A stretch of 64,000 nt of DNA from Mesoaciditoga sp. (GCA_002878315.1 PNIW01000014.1:20038-84037); one strand, 5' to 3'; numbered from the stretch's first letter, positions 9,304 through 23,872 are shown. Program-made: numbers and translations. Notes: a model not told the origin generated them from the letters alone.

Positions 9304-9508
9304 GAATTGTTTTTTAAATTTTTAATCAAGCATTCTCCAACCTCTATAAATGGATGTCGGTATACCTTAATCGGGTCAAATGGAATAGATTTCAATTGAG
9401 AACTGTCAATTCACGACAATTTCTATGTGCCGCAATCGATGTGACACTCTGTTATTTATTCACATCTTTACGCATGGAAGAAGGGATGTGTGATATAATT
9501 TTAAAGAG

Positions 9509-10720
9509 ATGGTTAAATTGAGGTTGTTTGTCTTTATTGTATTTTTTGTAGGGAGTGCTGTAATGGTCTTTTCTTCTTCATGGGCACTTGTTCTAACAGG
9601 CGGAGGAGCACGCGGTGCTTACGAGGCTGGCGCCCTTAAGGCTATTGCCCAGTTAAATCTCGATGTAAAGGGTGTCTATGGCACATCTGTTGGCGCTTTG
9701 AACGGAGTCTTTTTCTGTCAGGGAGAGACAGAAAAATTGTACAAAATGTGGCAAACCATTTCTTATTCTGATGTTATGTCTGTCAAATCAACTTCAACTT
9801 CTCCCATATACCTAAAGGTTGCCCGTGAACTTTTGACCTTTCATCTTATCGATATAAAGCCTTTACGAGAAATGGTCGAGGAAAATATCGATGAGGAGAA
9901 GGTGAGAAAAAGCGGTATTGATTTTGGACTTGTAACTTACGATCTTTCAAAATTTTCACCGGTGGAACTTTACATCTCCCAAATTCCCGAAGGCCAACTT
10001 GCCGATTATGTACTTGCAAGCGCGAATTATCCAATCTTTCAAAGGCAAAAGATAAATGGCCAGATCTACATAGATGGCGGTGTGTACAACAATGCGCCCG
10101 TTGATATGGCTCTCAAAAAGGGATTCAAAAAAATACTTCTTATCAATGTTTCAGATATTCCAATAACGATTCCGCCCATACCGCCGGACGTCGAGTTAAA
10201 GATCATAAATCCTTCGGGTACGCTCGGAAGGGCCCTTGATTTTAATCCCGTAGACGAGCATAGATGGGAGATAATGGGATATTTAGATACGCTCAAGGCC
10301 TTCGGCAAGTTCGTCGGCGACAGATATTACATATATCCTCCCAAATCTCCTATAATTTTGGATGCGCTTCTTTCGATGAACATGAAGGAACTTTCAAAGG
10401 TGGCGGACATACTCGGCGTTGACATAAATGGATATTCCCGAGATTTTGCAGTCTATACAGTCATCCTTTCGAAAATATACCAAACGGTTAAGGCCACTTC
10501 TTTCGATACTTTGAATATAAAATTGTTGGAAATGTCCGCAAATACTCTTGAAATAGAAAGGCTTGTTCCTTACACCCAGCACGAATTAGTGAAAGCAATC
10601 GCGGATAACGATCAAAAAATCAAGACGGGCTTTCTTTTCTTTCAAAACAATGAGAACACGATAGTGGAGTTTGTGAGAGAAGTTTGCAAGTACATCGTGT
10701 CAACGAACATGAAATGTTAA
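9509..10720 (+). CDS. patatin-like phospholipase with N-terminal signal/TM segment
   Basis: GGGARG, GTSVG nucleophile, DGG motif; hydrophobic N-terminus; extra C-terminal helical region. Confidence 0.88.
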   Translation: MVKLRLFVFIVFFVGSAVMVFSSSWALVLTGGGARGAYEAGALKAIAQLNLDVKGVYGTSVGALNGVFFCQGETEKLYKMWQTISYSDVMSVKSTSTSPIYLKVARELLTFHLIDIKPLREMVEENIDEEKVRKSGIDFGLVTYDLSKFSPVELYISQIPEGQLADYVLASANYPIFQRQKINGQIYIDGGVYNNAPVDMALKKGFKKILLINVSDIPITIPPIPPDVELKIINPSGTLGRALDFNPVDEHRWEIMGYLDTLKAFGKFVGDRYYIYPPKSPIILDALLSMNMKELSKVADILGVDINGYSRDFAVYTVILSKIYQTVKATSFDTLNIKLLEMSANTLEIERLVPYTQHELVKAIADNDQKIKTGFLFFQNNENTIVEFVREVCKYIVSTNMKC

Positions 10721-10726
10721 AGGAGA

Positions 10727-11278
10727 GTGATGCGGATGAAAATATACATGGGTTCCATCCTCTCGTCTACTGAATTCACAAAGTTCGATCTCGGTATAAC
10801 CTTTGGCACAGAGATATCTGCATTTGGAAAATGGATTCGATCGACAGACAGCGGGATTCTCTTCGAAGATTCGGGATTTGGAATTTACCAGAGAAAATGG
10901 AGAATACCTATAACCCTCGATGAAATCGTATTCCAGACAGATCTAAGAATCGCAACCCTTTACAACGAAGAATTGAGAATGCGTGATTTGCTTTTGAAAA
11001 TTCCGAACCTTAAGATAGATCTTGTGGTGGGATATTTGAGAACGCAAAATTACAATCCTTATGAATTGATAGCGAGCGGATGGGGGTGTGCCCAGACTAC
11101 CGGGATTCCAACTATTCTCGTGAATGTGACCGGAGAAAATGTGAATTACTCTTTCTTTACGAAGATGAGCGAATTCAACGATGGAATGATCGTGCTTTCC
11201 GACAGATACACGATGATAAACTTCCAATTTGAAAAGAAAGAGTATACCCAAAACAATAAAGAGGCTCAGGAGAAATGA
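10727..11278 (+). CDS. hypothetical protein, degenerate carbon-nitrogen hydrolase (nitrilase) fold
   Basis: SD AAGGAG; YQRK, IATLYNEELR...IDLVVG and AQTTGIPTILVN resemble nitrilase segments without the catalytic Cys. Confidence 0.5.
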   Translation: MMRMKIYMGSILSSTEFTKFDLGITFGTEISAFGKWIRSTDSGILFEDSGFGIYQRKWRIPITLDEIVFQTDLRIATLYNEELRMRDLLLKIPNLKIDLVVGYLRTQNYNPYELIASGWGCAQTTGIPTILVNVTGENVNYSFFTKMSEFNDGMIVLSDRYTMINFQFEKKEYTQNNKEAQEK

Positions 11279-12057
11279 AATTTTTCAATTTCTTCAATTT
11301 CTTCATCAAAAGAAAGGTGAACTCATTCGTGGACAATCAATCATTTCAGGATACCGGTTTCTCCAGTTATTTTGGGGTAATTCAGTTTCAACACCAAAAT
11401 TTTAGGAACTGGAAAGAATTTCATGCAAAGGTACTTTCAAATGTTAAAAGTGCAAAAGGGCAGGGTGCGAAATTCATTCTATTTCCAGCCGGCATGAATA
11501 TCGAACTTTACGCAAATGACGAAGTGTCACTCTCCGATGGCCAGATATCGAAGGCGGCCGAAGAGGTTTTAAAGATCTTTTGTGCCGTTGCCTCTGCCGA
11601 GAATGTTTATATAGCTTACGCGGATTTTGTAAAGGGACAAAAAATCTTTCACATGATAGGAAATACCGGCAAGGAAATTAAAGGGAAGACATTTGAAATT
11701 TACGGTTCGGTAGTATCTTTCATGGATGAGGATATCACAGAGGATGTAAGGGTTGTTCTTAATCCATCGCTTCTCAAAAAATGGACGGGAGATTACGAAT
11801 CGTTTGGCCACGCATGGCTTTTTTCACAGCAAAGGTACGTTTATTCTCTCGAAAGTTATATTGTCGGCGATCATTTTACGGGACAGAGTGGAATTTATTC
11901 TCCCATTGAAGCAACGGAGTCGATGAGCGGTATAATAAAACAGGCTCAAAGCAAGATTTTAGAAGAGATTCTTGTCGCTCACCTCGATTTTAACCTTATC
12001 GATGAGGTAAGAAAAAAGAAAGATTTGAAATCCTATGCTCGATTGCTGAACAAATAA
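11275..12057 (+). CDS. carbon-nitrogen hydrolase family protein, probably inactive
   Basis: GVIQF...AKGQGAKFILFPA, GQSGIYSP, EEILVAHLDFNLIDEVR are nitrilase hallmarks; FPE is changed to FPA. Confidence 0.65.
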   Translation: MKFFNFFNFFIKRKVNSFVDNQSFQDTGFSSYFGVIQFQHQNFRNWKEFHAKVLSNVKSAKGQGAKFILFPAGMNIELYANDEVSLSDGQISKAAEEVLKIFCAVASAENVYIAYADFVKGQKIFHMIGNTGKEIKGKTFEIYGSVVSFMDEDITEDVRVVLNPSLLKKWTGDYESFGHAWLFSQQRYVYSLESYIVGDHFTGQSGIYSPIEATESMSGIIKQAQSKILEEILVAHLDFNLIDEVRKKKDLKSYARLLNK

Positions 12058-12073
12058 ACGGAGGTGTTTTTGA

Positions 12074-13990
12074 ATGAAAAAAAGATTTTCTTACGAAAAA
12101 TTGCCCGAAGAGGAAATAAAAAGGCTCAAAGAGCTCGGAAGGCGTTGCAGAGGAGACATTATAAAAATGACGACCGTCGCCGATTCCGGCCATCCGGGAG
12201 GTTCGATGAGTTCAATAGACATATATCTTACCGTCTTTTCAAATGCCAATATCGATCCAAAGGATCCGTGGAATCCCTCAAGGGACAGGATAATCGTGAG
12301 TCACGGCCACACATCTCCAGGCGTTTATTCTGTCCTTGGCGAACTCGGATTTTTCAAGATCGAAGATGCGATAGCGGGCTTTAGATATTACGATTCTCCA
12401 TTTGAAGGTCACATAACGCGTGGCATCCCCGGCGTTGAATGGACGACTGGAAATCTCGGTCAGGGGTTGAGCGCCGCATGTGGAATGGCTCTTGCTGCTA
12501 AGATTAAAAATCTCGATTACCATGTCTTTGCTTTAATGAGCGATGCAGAACAGGCGAAGGGGCAGGTTGCAGAGGCAAGAAGATTCGCAAAAAAATTTGG
12601 CCTTTCGAATATAACGGTTGTTATAGATTACAACGATGCCCAAATAAGCGGCCACGCGAGGAATGTCATGTTCGTTGATATAAAGGCAGGATATGAGTCC
12701 GACGGATGGAGAACGATAGAGGTAGATGGCCACGATTACGTCCAGATTTACGATGCGATAAAGTATGCGATTGAGAATCAGGATAAACCTACAGTCGTCA
12801 TAGCGAGAACGATCATGGGAAAGGGTGTCTCATTCATGGAGGATGACGTCGCCTATCACGGTAAGGCTCTATCTTTGGAAGAGGCCGATAAGGCTTTAAA
12901 AGAACTCGGCGTTGAAAATGACATACAAAAGTATTTAGAAAAACGCAAGAGTTTCTCGATGCCTCATTTTGAGATCAAACCTTATGAAGTGAAAGTAGAA
13001 ACGGGAAAGGTCCGTCTTTACAAGTCAGATCAGTCAATTGCTAATCGTGATGCCTTTGGTCATGCGCTTGCGGACATAGCAGTCGAAAATGCGAAGTCAA
13101 ATGGAACGCCCATTGCCGTCATAGATTGTGATCTCAAACCCTCCACAAAGACCGATATATTTGAGCGCGTAAGTCCTGATCTTTTCTTTCAGGCGGGGGT
13201 CCAGGAGCACAATGCCGCCACAGTTGCAGGAGCGCTTTCGAGTCAAGGAGTCGTTACATTTTTTGCAGATTTCGGAGTCTTTGGAATAGATGAAACGTAC
13301 AACCAGCAGAGGCTAAATGATATAAACCATACCAATTTAAAGCTCGTCGTTACCCACGTCGGAACAGATGTAGGCGAGGATGGGAAGACACATCATTGTG
13401 TCGATTATATAGGTGCACTAAGAAATATATACAACTTCAAACTCATAGTTCCGCAGGACGGGAATCAAACGGACAGGGCCGTAAGATTTATGGCAAAAGC
13501 GTGGGGGAATTACGCGTTGGCGGTTGGAAGATCCAAAATTCCCGTCATAACAAAAGAGAATGGTCAGATATTCTTCGATGAGAATTACAAGTTTGTCTAC
13601 GGTGAATGCGATCTTTTCAGAAAAGGAGAAAACATCACAATCTTCTCGACGGGCCAAACTTCCCACATAGCAGTGAAGGCCGCAGACGAACTTTCGAAGG
13701 AAGGTATAAGGGTTACCGTCATAGGAGTTCCAACTCCATTTGAACTGCCGGAATGGATAGGAGAATATATCTCTTCAAAATACGTCATAACATTTGAAGA
13801 TCACAACGCAAATACCGGATTGGGAAGCATTATACCTCAATTTGCGATTGAAAAAGGGTTCTATCCAAAGAAATTCGTAAAACTTGGACTCTTTGATTAC
13901 ACGAGATCTGGCGCCGTTAAAGATCTTTATAAAATAGAAGGACTTGATTCAGAATCTCTTAAGAAAAAGGTGAGGGAGATAATAAAGTGA
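12074..13990 (+). CDS. tkt: transketolase (single chain)
   Basis: SGHPGGSMS, RDRIIVSHGH, TTGNLGQGLS, GVQEHN, GEDGKTHH. Confidence 0.92.
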   Translation: MKKRFSYEKLPEEEIKRLKELGRRCRGDIIKMTTVADSGHPGGSMSSIDIYLTVFSNANIDPKDPWNPSRDRIIVSHGHTSPGVYSVLGELGFFKIEDAIAGFRYYDSPFEGHITRGIPGVEWTTGNLGQGLSAACGMALAAKIKNLDYHVFALMSDAEQAKGQVAEARRFAKKFGLSNITVVIDYNDAQISGHARNVMFVDIKAGYESDGWRTIEVDGHDYVQIYDAIKYAIENQDKPTVVIARTIMGKGVSFMEDDVAYHGKALSLEEADKALKELGVENDIQKYLEKRKSFSMPHFEIKPYEVKVETGKVRLYKSDQSIANRDAFGHALADIAVENAKSNGTPIAVIDCDLKPSTKTDIFERVSPDLFFQAGVQEHNAATVAGALSSQGVVTFFADFGVFGIDETYNQQRLNDINHTNLKLVVTHVGTDVGEDGKTHHCVDYIGALRNIYNFKLIVPQDGNQTDRAVRFMAKAWGNYALAVGRSKIPVITKENGQIFFDENYKFVYGECDLFRKGENITIFSTGQTSHIAVKAADELSKEGIRVTVIGVPTPFELPEWIGEYISSKYVITFEDHNANTGLGSIIPQFAIEKGFYPKKFVKLGLFDYTRSGAVKDLYKIEGLDSESLKKKVREIIK

Positions 13991-14526
13991 AAATTTTGCT
14001 TCACATCTGCTGCGCTCCGGATGCAACGACGGCTTACAAAAGACTTTCCGTATCAAATGAGGTTGTGGGATACTTTTTCAACCCCAACATTCAGCCTGAA
14101 GAGGAATACCTAAGGCGGCGCGCCGCCCTTGAAAAACTTGCAAATATATGGGAATTCGATGTGATATATCCCGAATACGATCCTCAAAGGTGGTTCAAAA
14201 GCGTCAAAGGTCTTGAAGATCTTCCGGAAGGCTCTAAAAGGTGCCAGGCATGCATTGCGATGAGGTTAAGGCAGAGCGCTATCTTTGCAAAAGAGAATGG
14301 CTTTGATGCTTTTGCGACATCTCTTACCACAAGTCCCCATAAGGATGTGAAATTCATAAATGATATCGGGATGAAATTTTCACAAAAGATAGGAATCGGG
14401 TATATTCCCAGCGCTTTCAGAAAGCAGAACGGCTTTTTAGAAAGCGTGAATCACTGCAAAGAATTGGGAATTTACAGGCAAAATTACTGTGGATGCATCT
14501 TTAGCCTTCCGAAGGTTTTGATATAA
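13987..14526 (+). CDS. queH: epoxyqueuosine reductase QueH (DUF208)
   Basis: LLHICCAPD, FFNPNIQP, RCQAC, SPHK, YRQNYCGC. Confidence 0.92.
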   Translation: MKILLHICCAPDATTAYKRLSVSNEVVGYFFNPNIQPEEEYLRRRAALEKLANIWEFDVIYPEYDPQRWFKSVKGLEDLPEGSKRCQACIAMRLRQSAIFAKENGFDAFATSLTTSPHKDVKFINDIGMKFSQKIGIGYIPSAFRKQNGFLESVNHCKELGIYRQNYCGCIFSLPKVLI

Positions 14527-14527
14527 G

Positions 14528-15439
14528 ATGGGAATCTGGAACGACATAGGAGAGAAGTTGATCGATCTCTTCAATGGGGACGTTGTATGCACGGACAGAG
14601 AAGGCTTACCAAAATTTTCGACCATCGAAATTTCGAAAGATCTTTCGGAGGCCATTTCGATCGCACTGAAGACCGGTATAAGAACGAGTCTTTTTTATAA
14701 CCAGCGTCGCACCCTTGTTATACCGGTAAATTTCATAAATTTGAAGGGGGCCATAGCGCTTATAGGCTATGAGTTCTCCGAGGAAAGCCTTGAGGTATTT
14801 GTCCAGCGCATCCTCGAAGAGATTTCAAAGAATTCCGATGAAGACTTTGGAGAGAATCTTCCCCAGGAAATAGTTAATGGTTTCAAAGATGTCGTAAGAC
14901 CTGTTTTGTGCGCCGTAAGTTCAAATCTGCCATCGATTCAGTTAAGGGCCGAGATGGCAAGAAGGGGAGGAAAGTTTTTAAAGCGCCTCGAATCTGGAGA
15001 GGAATTCTTCATCTTTGATGACAAAAAGATAAATGATCTTCCTCCAGGATGCAGAGCCGGGATATCATTTGATCCATCTCCAGATGTCGCGTACAAACAA
15101 GCCCTGATGGCGCTTTACTATGGATCGGATTCTTCCGGAATCTCAGTTTATTCTGATATATCAGCCTCCTTTTTGATCTCCGAAATGCTCAAGAAGAGAA
15201 AGAATATACTTGAAAAATTGGCAAAGTATCCTGAACTTACAGAAACGTTGAAGATCTTTTTTGAAAATGACGCAAGTCCCGTAAAAACGGCAAAGGTTAT
15301 GAAGATACACAGAAACACGATCCTTAACAGGCTTAACAGGGTAAGGGATATAACCTACCTCGATCCCAAAAATTTCAAAGATGGTGTTATACTTTATTTG
15401 ATTCTTGCCGATTCGGAGGGAAAATACCTTGAACAATGA
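14528..15439 (+). CDS. CdaR/PucR family transcriptional regulator
   Basis: C-terminal ELTETLKIFF...TAKVMKIHRNTILNRLNRVRDIT HTH. Confidence 0.75.
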   Translation: MGIWNDIGEKLIDLFNGDVVCTDREGLPKFSTIEISKDLSEAISIALKTGIRTSLFYNQRRTLVIPVNFINLKGAIALIGYEFSEESLEVFVQRILEEISKNSDEDFGENLPQEIVNGFKDVVRPVLCAVSSNLPSIQLRAEMARRGGKFLKRLESGEEFFIFDDKKINDLPPGCRAGISFDPSPDVAYKQALMALYYGSDSSGISVYSDISASFLISEMLKKRKNILEKLAKYPELTETLKIFFENDASPVKTAKVMKIHRNTILNRLNRVRDITYLDPKNFKDGVILYLILADSEGKYLEQ

Positions 15440-15839
15440 CAAAATCTCTTTGACATTGCCTTCGAAGTTATGGTCTGCCTCCATTGTCAGACATGTAGCG
15501 CGGGATTTTTTGATCTTTAGCGGGAAGGCAGATTATATCATGATAGATGATATGGAGGTTGCAATAGGAGAGGCAATTACCAACGTTGTAAATCATACTT
15601 ATCAAAGGGACGAAACTCAGATAATATCCGTCTATATGAAGATAGAAGATGGTTTTTTCGAAGTGGGCATAAGGGACTTTGGTCCGAAAAATATGATCGA
15701 TTTTGAAAATTATTCGCCACCTCCTCCAACGAGCGAAAGTGGAAGAGGTGTTGTTTTGATAAATTCTCTCGTGGACGAGGTTAAATACAAAGAGACCTGC
15801 AGGGGAAATCTTCTTGTTCTCAGGAGGAAGATCGCGTGA
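15429..15839 (+). CDS. RsbW/SpoIIAB-like anti-sigma factor Ser/Thr kinase
   Basis: AIGEAITNVVNH, IRDFG, ESGRGV, LVDEV, GN HATPase_c_2 motifs; TTG start after GGAGG. Confidence 0.82.
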   Translation: MNNDKISLTLPSKLWSASIVRHVARDFLIFSGKADYIMIDDMEVAIGEAITNVVNHTYQRDETQIISVYMKIEDGFFEVGIRDFGPKNMIDFENYSPPPPTSESGRGVVLINSLVDEVKYKETCRGNLLVLRRKIA

Positions 15840-17013
15840 TTCACATCGTCGGAGGTGGCCTTGCAGGAAGTGAGGCGGCATATCAAATAGCACAATCCGG
15901 CCATGAGGTTACAATACATGAGATGAGGCCCATTGTTATGACCGGTGTCCACCGCACGGACAGAATGGCCGAACTTGTCTGTTCCAATTCCTTAAAATCA
16001 GTCGATCTTAAAAATGCCTCGGGTCTTTTGAAAAAAGAACTCAGAGATCTTGGATCATTCGTCTTAGACGTTGCCTACCGCCATGCTATCCCCGGAGGAA
16101 AGGCTCTCGTTGTTGACAGGGAATCCTTTTCAGATGAGATAACATCAACTTTGGAGTCCCATCCAAAAATAAAGATTGTAAGAGAAGAGATAACTGAAAT
16201 ACCCGATAAGGACATATGGATAATCGCGACCGGACCCGCAACCTCTGATAAACTTTACAATTGGATCCTCTCGACCTTCGGAGGCGGTGCTTACTTTTTT
16301 GATGCCGTTGCGCCGGTAATAGACGCAAATACAATAGACATGTCAAAGGTTTTTTTTGGAAACAGATATGAAGATGGGAAGGATTACATAAACTGTCCGA
16401 TGAACAAAGAAGAGTATCTTAGATTTCACGATGCGCTCGCGAAGGCCGAGGTCTTGCCGGTGGAAGGCTTTGACAAAAAGTTGCTTTTTTCAAGATGTCA
16501 GCCCATCGAAGAGATAGCAAAATCCGGCGTCGATGCGATGAGATATGGCCCTTTAAGGCCGGTAGGACTTGGAAATTTTTACGCTGTTGTCCAGTTAAGG
16601 CGCGACAATTACGCCGGCACACTTTTTAACATCGTGGGTTTTCAGACAAGGCTGAAATGGCCCGAGCAGGATAGAGTCTTCAGGATGATCCCTGGCCTTG
16701 AAAATGCTAAGATCGTAAGGTATGGCGTTATGCACGCAAATGTTTATATTGAACCGTACCGTCTGACAGACGAATTCTTTAGGGCAAGAGGAAGAAATAT
16801 CTTTTTTGCCGGACAGATAACAGGTGTTGAAGGATATGTCGAATCCATAGCGACGGGCCTTTACGTTGGTAGAAATGTTGCAAGGATGATCGAAGGGCGT
16901 GAATTGCAGAAATTCCCTGTTAATACCATGATAGGGGCTTTGATAGATTACGTTACGAAGACGCCAAAATTGCAGCCGATGTATGCAAATTTCGGAATAT
17001 TAAGGAGGAATTC

Positions 17014-17017
<4 letters not shown>
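15836..17017 (+). CDS. trmFO: methylenetetrahydrofolate--tRNA-(uracil-5)-methyltransferase
   Basis: IVGGGLAGSEAA, AELVCSNS, FFDAVAP, VGFQTRL, YGVMH, FAGQITGVEGYVES. Confidence 0.95.
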
Positions 17018-21513
<4,496 letters not shown>

Positions 21514-21523
21514 ATTTCCTCCT

Positions 21524-21985
21524 TTATGCGTTTCCGTTAAAAATTATTCCGCTCGGGATATGGGAGGTTTTATCGTAGGTCTTATCCTGAGATTTGAAGA
21601 GATTCATTATAAGATCGAATTCTTCGAGCCTGTAAGTTATCATTCTTTGAATTCCCAAATTTATAAGGCTTACCTCATTTATGACATTTGTCATCTTCGC
21701 AACGACAATCGCAAGATCGTGTCTTAAAGGCTCGTTAATCACACTTATTATGGCCGAAATTGTCGGCTCTATCTTGAGATCTTTCGTTATCTTGAGAGAC
21801 AAATTCAATCTTTCGTGTTCGAGATCATCTAAGATATGAAGTTTGTCCCTTTCTTTTTCCAAAATCTTCTTCAACCTTTCTACATCGTTTTTTTCTATAG
21901 AGTCTCTTTTCTCTTTGAGTATATCGACAAGTTCTAAGAAATGATTGTATTCTTCCTCAAGTATCTTTATAAGTTCTTCGATCAT
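21524..21985 (-). CDS. flgN: flagellar export chaperone FlgN
   Basis: All-helical, about 150 aa, directly downstream of flgM, L...E..R pattern. Confidence 0.7.
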   Translation of the reverse strand: MIEELIKILEEEYNHFLELVDILKEKRDSIEKNDVERLKKILEKERDKLHILDDLEHERLNLSLKITKDLKIEPTISAIISVINEPLRHDLAIVVAKMTNVINEVSLINLGIQRMITYRLEEFDLIMNLFKSQDKTYDKTSHIPSGIIFNGNA

Positions 21986-22266
21986 CAGAACTCACCTATC
22001 TCACTCATCATCTTTTTGACTATGTTCTCGACATTCACGCTGTACTGCCCAGACTGGACAAGGGCCTTTATTTGATCGACCTTCTGTGATCTTGCTTTTT
22101 CTATATCGCTGACACTTGACGCCATCGAAATGAAGGTTTTGAAATCTATCTTTGAATTACCAACAAAAAGGTCTTCATTCGATCTTTCTACTTTCTTGGC
22201 CCTTTCTCCTTTTGGATCCTTTCCATTTTCCGGCTGGGGTATTCCGGATATCCCATCTATTCTCAT
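21985..22266 (-). CDS. flgM: anti-sigma-28 factor FlgM
   Basis: RSQKVDQIKALVQSGQYSVNVENIVKKM C-terminal motif; ATG 22266 after GGAGGT; sigma28 -10 box upstream. Confidence 0.82.
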   Translation of the reverse strand: MRIDGISGIPQPENGKDPKGERAKKVERSNEDLFVGNSKIDFKTFISMASSVSDIEKARSQKVDQIKALVQSGQYSVNVENIVKKMMSEIGEF

Positions 22267-22284
22267 CTTACCACCTCCATACAT

Positions 22285-22313
22285 ATTATCGGCAGGATAT
22301 GGCCAAAAGTCAA
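22285..22313 (-). promoter_or_regulatory. flgM promoter with overlapping sigma70 and sigma28 elements
   Basis: TTGACT-N17-GATAAT, with the perfect sigma28 -10 box GCCGATAA overlapping the -10. Confidence 0.65.
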
Positions 22314-22338
22314 GCACGATATCCTGTTGTGGTGGTAG

Positions 22339-23610
22339 TCATTTAACGTAAGAGTTAAGATCTAAAAGCCCATGACCGCTGAAGTTGAAAACTATGACCC
22401 TTTCTTCACCGCTTTTGGCGAATTCCTTTGCGTACCTTGCGACGCCCGCAATGGCATGACTTGTCTCGGGTGCCGGGATTATACCTTCTGTTATCGCAAA
22501 TAATTTCGCGTATTCGAAGGCTTCATCCTGTGGAATGGCAATGGCCTTCATGTAATTTTCTTTGACAAGACGGCTTATTATCGGAGACGCGCCATGGTAC
22601 CTCAATCCGCCAGCGTAGATTGGAGGTGGAACGAATTCGGAACCGAGCGTGTACATTTTCAGCATGGGTGTAAGATGGGCTGTGTCTCCATAATCGTACT
22701 TGTACTCTCCTTTCGTAAAAGACGGACATTCAGTTGGCTCGCACGCCACTATTTCGAGAGATTTTTTCTTCATTTTTAAAGGAATAAATGGCAGCGTAAA
22801 TCCTCCAAAATTGGATCCTCCACCGAAACATCCTATCAAAACATCAGGCTCTTCTCCGACAAGTTCGAGTTGTTTTTGAGTTTCTTGACCTATGACAGTT
22901 TGATGCAAAAGCACATGATCAAGGACACTCCCTAAAGAATAATGTGTCTTTTCTTTTGAGAGCGCGAATTCTATAGCCTCGCTTATGGCCATCCCGAGAG
23001 AGCCCGTTGAATCTGGCTTGATCTCGAGTATTTTCTTCCCGTAATTCGTAAAATCGCTCGGACTTGGATGGATCTTTCCGTTAAAAAGATTTACCATGTA
23101 TTTCCTCGCAGGCTTTTGTTCAAAACTTATCTTTACCATAAAGACATTAACGTCTAAATTGAAATATGCTCCGGCAAAGGCAAGGGCACTTCCCCATTGA
23201 CCCGCTCCGGTCTCAGTCGATATCTTCGTTGTTCCTTCGACAAGGTTGTAATAAGCCTGGGCAAGGGCCGTGTTGAGTTTATGGCTACCAGTAGGACTTA
23301 CCGATTCGTTTTTATAATATATGTGAGCCGGGGTTTTTAAAGCCTTTTCAAATCCTACGGCTCTCACGAGTGGGGTAGGCCTGTAAAGAGCGTAAGCCTC
23401 TCTTACTCTCTGCGGAATTTCGATGTACCTTTCCTTTGTTGCCTCCTGCATTACGAGAGTTTTGGGAAATAAGACTTCGAGTTTTTGTGGATCGACCGGC
23501 TTCATGGTATGCGGATCGAGCGGAGGGTCGAGATTAAAGGGCAAGTCAGCCTTGACATTGTACCAGTATTTTGGCATATCCTCTTCTTTTAAATACACAA
23601 ATCTTTTCAT
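22339..23610 (-). CDS. trpB2: tryptophan synthase beta chain, TrpB2 type
   Basis: [59 protein letters not shown]. Confidence 0.93.
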   Translation of the reverse strand: MKRFVYLKEEDMPKYWYNVKADLPFNLDPPLDPHTMKPVDPQKLEVLFPKTLVMQEATKERYIEIPQRVREAYALYRPTPLVRAVGFEKALKTPAHIYYKNESVSPTGSHKLNTALAQAYYNLVEGTTKISTETGAGQWGSALAFAGAYFNLDVNVFMVKISFEQKPARKYMVNLFNGKIHPSPSDFTNYGKKILEIKPDSTGSLGMAISEAIEFALSKEKTHYSLGSVLDHVLLHQTVIGQETQKQLELVGEEPDVLIGCFGGGSNFGGFTLPFIPLKMKKKSLEIVACEPTECPSFTKGEYKYDYGDTAHLTPMLKMYTLGSEFVPPPIYAGGLRYHGASPIISRLVKENYMKAIAIPQDEAFEYAKLFAITEGIIPAPETSHAIAGVARYAKEFAKSGEERVIVFNFSGHGLLDLNSYVK

Positions 23611-23627
23611 TTCAATTCCTCCCTTCT

Positions 23628-23665
23628 AAAATGAAAATCGGGGATCTTTTTTCAAGATCCCCGAT
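23628..23665 (-). terminator. attenuator terminator hairpin upstream of trpB2
   Basis: ATCGGGGATCTT-GAAAA-AAGATCCCCGAT followed by TTTCATTTT on the - strand. Confidence 0.85.
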
Positions 23666-23704
23666 GCTGAAAATTTATGGCAAAAGATACTAATCCCTTC
23701 AGCA

Positions 23705-23755
23705 TCAGGGACAGTACCACCACCAGTTTTCGATTTTGAAATTCAAGCCAATCAT
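23705..23755 (-). CDS. trpL: tryptophan attenuator leader peptide MIGLNFKIENWWWYCP
   Basis: SD AAGGTGA, ATG, three consecutive TGG codons, then alternative hairpins and a terminator before trpB2. Confidence 0.85.
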   Translation of the reverse strand: MIGLNFKIENWWWYCP

Positions 23756-23772
23756 AAGATCACCTTGAATAA

Positions 23773-23801
23773 AATATATCATAGAATTTTCAAAAAGTCA
23801 A
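23773..23801 (-). promoter_or_regulatory. sigma70 promoter of trpL-trpB2
   Basis: TTGACT-N17-TATATT with extended TG. Confidence 0.7.
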
Positions 23802-23872
23802 TTCGTTGCTTTCTGGCTAAAAATAATTTTGTGATATACTCTTTTTGAATTTTCAAAAAGGAGGAAGCCTTT

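Noticed and set aside
9509-10720. Patatin as a CBASS (CapV) effector
   Set aside because: No CD-NTase nearby, it has a signal-like N-terminus, and the context is housekeeping
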